Part shown: positions 29,320 to 32,000 of the stretch, in pieces | Numbering within the stretch: the stretch's first letter is position 1 | How the letters are laid out: every line of letters begins with the position of its first letter | From: Nitrosomonadaceae bacterium | Lineage (GTDB): Bacteria; Pseudomonadota; Gammaproteobacteria; Burkholderiales; Nitrosomonadaceae | DNA length: 32,000 bases | Reading direction: 5' to 3' | Assembly (NCBI GenBank): GCA_963663215.1 | Contig: OY760140.1 | Span: 1,292,233-1,324,232, forward strand | Notes under the pieces: model-generated | The model's database searches: none | Told to the model about the DNA's origin: nothing | What the model saw: only the letters and a program-made list of their open reading frames with translations | Made by a program: the position numbers and the translations under genes

Positions 29320-29976
29320 TTACAGCCCAACAAACCATGCCACCATTATTACCGTAACCTTAATAAAAGGTAATATGACAGCACCGAGTACGCCGGTGAA
29401 CAGCAGGACCAGTATAATCATAAAACCATAAGGTTCAATCTGTGAAAAACGATATGCAATGCGGTGAGGTAACAAGCTCACTGCAATACGGCCTCCATCC
29501 AGAGGTGGCAACGGTAGTAGATTAAGAACCAATAGTATCGCATTTATTGTGATACCAGCTTGGCCCATTAACATCATTGGCTTGGCCAAATCACTTTCTG
29601 GCATAGCAAAGCTAAGCTTGATAATAAAAGCCCATAGAAATGCCATTAATAGGTTAGCACCCGGGCCAGCAGCGGCTACCCAGAGCATGTCCCGTTTGGG
29701 GCGGCGAAGATTAGCAAAGTTGACCGGAACCGGTTTTGCCCAACCAAATAAGAACCCTGACCCAAATGCCGTGCTTAAGACATACAGTCCCAACGGGACG
29801 ATAATTGTACCCATAAGATCGATATGTTTCAGGGGGTTCAAAGTAACACGCCCCTGAGCATAGGCGGTAAGGTCACCGTAGTGCTTGGCTACATAACCAT
29901 GTGCGGCCTCATGCAATGTAATAGCAAATATCACTGGAAGCGCATAAATAGCAATGCCCTGAATAATACTATCCAT
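29320..29976 (-). CDS. Site-2 protease family (peptidase M50) membrane zinc metalloprotease
   Basis: HEAAHG (HExxH) in the first TM region; polytopic membrane protein. I use ATG at 29976 because the track start at 29988 is TTG. Overlaps the yciO-like stop by 8 nt. Confidence 0.8.
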   Translation of the reverse strand: MDSIIQGIAIYALPVIFAITLHEAAHGYVAKHYGDLTAYAQGRVTLNPLKHIDLMGTIIVPLGLYVLSTAFGSGFLFGWAKPVPVNFANLRRPKRDMLWVAAAGPGANLLMAFLWAFIIKLSFAMPESDLAKPMMLMGQAGITINAILLVLNLLPLPPLDGGRIAVSLLPHRIAYRFSQIEPYGFMIILVLLFTGVLGAVILPFIKVTVIMVAWFVGL

Positions 29977-30601
29977 ACACCATCCCAAAGGGGACTAGAC
30001 TACCTCGACCGTTCCGTACTAATTCTGGTTTATCCCCAGTTAAGTCAATCACGGTTGTCATTTCTAAGCCACAGGAACCACCATCCAGTATCAATTCCAC
30101 TTGATGTTCGAGACGATCACGGATTTCTCTTGGATCATTGAGAGGAAGCTCGTCTCCAGGCAGAATCAACGTGGAATTCAACAACGGCTCATCTAGCTCC
30201 GCTAGTAGTGCCTGAACCATGGGGTGATCAGGAATTCGAATACCAATAGTGCTACGTTTAGGGTGCTGCAAACGACGGGGAACCTCACGAGTAGCCTCAA
30301 GTATAAATGTATAACTACCTGGTGTACTAGTTTTGAGTAGCCTGTATTGACTATTGTTAATCTTAGCGTAATTCGATATTTCAGCCAGATCTCGACACAC
30401 TAGTGAGAAGTAGTGTTGCTCATCCACATGTCGTATGGTGCGAATACGAGTCATGGCGCTCTTATCACCCAGCTGGCAGCCAAAGGCATAACAAGAATCG
30501 GTCGGATAAACAATAACTCCCCCAGCACGCACGATTGCCACTGCTTGACGTATCAGGCGTGACTGTGGATTGTTTGGATGGATGGAAAAGAATTGAGCCA
30601 C
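29969..30601 (-). CDS. yciO: YciO-like protein (YrdC/Sua5 L-threonylcarbamoyladenylate synthase superfamily)
   Basis: [42 protein letters not shown]...TPGSYTFIL...EVPRRL is colinear with E. coli YciO as I remember it ([42 protein letters not shown]...). A GTG start at 30601 gives the matching N-terminus. Confidence 0.85.
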   Translation of the reverse strand: [210 protein letters not shown]

Positions 30602-30652
30602 GTAAAAAAGTCTATAGTTTCAATGTTGAATAATTGTAGCGAATTGCCTGTG

Positions 30653-31495
30653 CTACGTTATCCTATTCCAATCATGCCATACAGGCGTACATCCTACAGG
30701 CAATTCTGGCATCTGCCCCAGATCAAAATAGCTTTCGCCTGGCCCATGAAAATCCGAGCCACGAGAAGCAAGTAAACCTAGTCGTTGGGCATGGTGTGCA
30801 AACAACAAAGACTGTTCAGGAGTGTGGCTGGCAGTAATAACCTCTATGGCTGCGCCACCAAGTGCACGAAATTCAAACAGCAACTCGTCCAGTACGTCTT
30901 TACCCAGTTTATAGCGCGCTGGATGAGCAATTACAGCCCTACCGCCACTACCAGATATCCAGGCCAGGACATCACTTAATGGAGCCCATTGATGCGATAC
31001 GTATCCAGGCTTACCCTTTACCAGATATTTTTTGAATACAGACCTCACATCCTTGGCATATCCCCGCTCAACCAAGAAACGAGCAAAGTGGGTGCGCCCT
31101 ATCATCCCCCCCTTCCCTGCATAGGAGTAAGCCCCCTCTAAGCTACCGTGAATACTAAATTTATCGAGTTGTGCGGCAATATTGCGCGCACGCAATATTC
31201 TTCCACTGCGAATAGCTTCCAAACCTTGTGCCAACGGGGGATATTCTGGGTTAACATCGAGACCGACAATGTGAAGTGTCTTGTTACGCCAACTAACGGA
31301 TATTTCCACGCCATTGATGAAAGTGATGCTATTTTCAGCAGCAGCACGACGGGCTTCACCCAACCCAGCCACATCATCATGATCAGTTAGTGCCAGCACA
31401 CTCACCCCTCGTCTAGCAGCATGCTCCACCAACTGTGCGGGCGTCAACAAGCCGTCAGAAATCGTGGAATGGCAGTGCAGATCAATATTGAGCAT
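30653..31495 (-). CDS. trpH: PHP-domain phosphoesterase TrpH/YciV (RNase AM-like)
   Basis: IDLHCHSTISDG ... ALTDHD ... AHP PHP-domain metal-binding motifs. 280 aa. Adjacent to yciO, as in E. coli. Confidence 0.85.
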   Translation of the reverse strand: MLNIDLHCHSTISDGLLTPAQLVEHAARRGVSVLALTDHDDVAGLGEARRAAAENSITFINGVEISVSWRNKTLHIVGLDVNPEYPPLAQGLEAIRSGRILRARNIAAQLDKFSIHGSLEGAYSYAGKGGMIGRTHFARFLVERGYAKDVRSVFKKYLVKGKPGYVSHQWAPLSDVLAWISGSGGRAVIAHPARYKLGKDVLDELLFEFRALGGAAIEVITASHTPEQSLLFAHHAQRLGLLASRGSDFHGPGESYFDLGQMPELPVGCTPVWHDWNRIT

Positions 31496-31696
31496 GAAAC
31501 AAATTGTTCGTACGAGACAAGGCTCTTATCATAACATAAGAAGGAAGTGAAAAATTGATTGTACGGAAGTGTGATTAATACAAAATTTCATTGTAAGAAG
31601 AAACATAGTTACCTTCAGAAATTAGCGTTCTAACAACATACATTAAGTTAGGTTTGATTTCTGAATTAATCCCATCTATGCTGTATTGCTTCTTTT

Positions 31697-32000
31697 CTAC
31701 CCATTATCTACCCACTCTCGCCATCCCTTCAGTAGCGGGAAATACAACCCTAATTTAATCGGTCGACTATCAATCTCACGCATTAATGAAGCATAGCGAT
31801 TGAGCTGGGTACGGTAGCGGTCCTGCTCACGGTCAAGAAAAAACTCCACGTCCGTACCTTCATGGATACTGGTCTTATAGTCTACGATCCAGCGCTGACC
31901 CTCTATACTGTGAAAAGTGCGATCGATCACCAGACTCATAAGCTCCCCACCAATTATAGATGTCATACGTAGCTCGTTTTGAGCATCCTGCTGTGGACCA
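31697..32000 (-). CDS. C-terminal end of a PD-(D/E)XK nuclease-domain protein (AddB/RecB-like); the 5' part lies beyond the right edge
   Basis: The frame is open upstream of the track Met to position 32000 (...GPQQDAQNELRMTSIIGG...). VIDRTF...WIVDYKTS is the D...(D/E)xK nuclease motif. It ends ...LLKGWREWVDNG*. Confidence 0.55.
   Translation of the reverse strand, partial: GPQQDAQNELRMTSIIGGELMSLVIDRTFHSIEGQRWIVDYKTSIHEGTDVEFFLDREQDRYRTQLNRYASLMREIDSRPIKLGLYFPLLKGWREWVDNG

Noticed and set aside
1-32000. A scan for CRISPR-like regularly spaced repeats, IS terminal inverted repeats with a transposase, rRNA, and defence-system signatures (RT, Cas, toxin-antitoxin pairs, restriction-modification).
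   Set aside because: None seen. All long ORFs are accounted for by recognisable housekeeping or amo genes. The only mobile-element signature is the integrase/AlpA-like pair at the left edge.

Overview
This is a chromosomal window from a low-GC betaproteobacterial ammonia oxidiser. It looks Nitrosomonas-type, because the AmoC/AmoA/AmoB proteins are nearly colinear with the N. europaea proteins as I remember them. All calls come from reading the translated ORFs and the raw sequence; no searches were run.

About 35 genes are present, almost all core housekeeping and mostly on the minus strand. In order:
- The inner end of an integrated element: a partial AlpA-like HTH gene and a P4-type tyrosine integrase.
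- A Nudix/ThiE-like fusion, argJ and a tusA-like gene.
- The deeply conserved block nagZ-acpS-pdxJ-recO-era-rnc-DUF4845-lepB-lepA.
- A sigma-E module (rpoE-rseA-rseB-degP/mucD plus a DUF836 glutaredoxin-like ORF), divergent from nadB.
- ygfZ and a DinG/YoaA-like helicase.
- One amoCAB ammonia monooxygenase operon.
- A parA-like gene, scpB, scpA, trpS, an M50 protease, a yciO-like gene, trpH/yciV, and the 3' end of a PD-(D/E)XK nuclease gene.

I found no rRNA, intact tRNA, CRISPR array or IS element. I do not see a convincing novel multi-gene system and will not invent one.

The points most worth a second look are:
- The amoCAB copy ends at a very strong terminator, with no amoE/amoD or copCD after it.
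- An inverted repeat brackets the putative amoC -35 box.
- The amoC-amoA spacer can form two competing hairpins.
- Helically phased TTACCCCAA repeats sit in front of an integrase that has no adjacent tRNA.
- A probable frameshifted fossil of a DUF815 ATPase gene lies between argJ and the Nudix gene.
- The nadB/rpoE divergent region carries a palindrome plus direct-repeat motif.
- The long-form TrpRS carries a four-Cys motif like the Fe-S TrpRS subclass.
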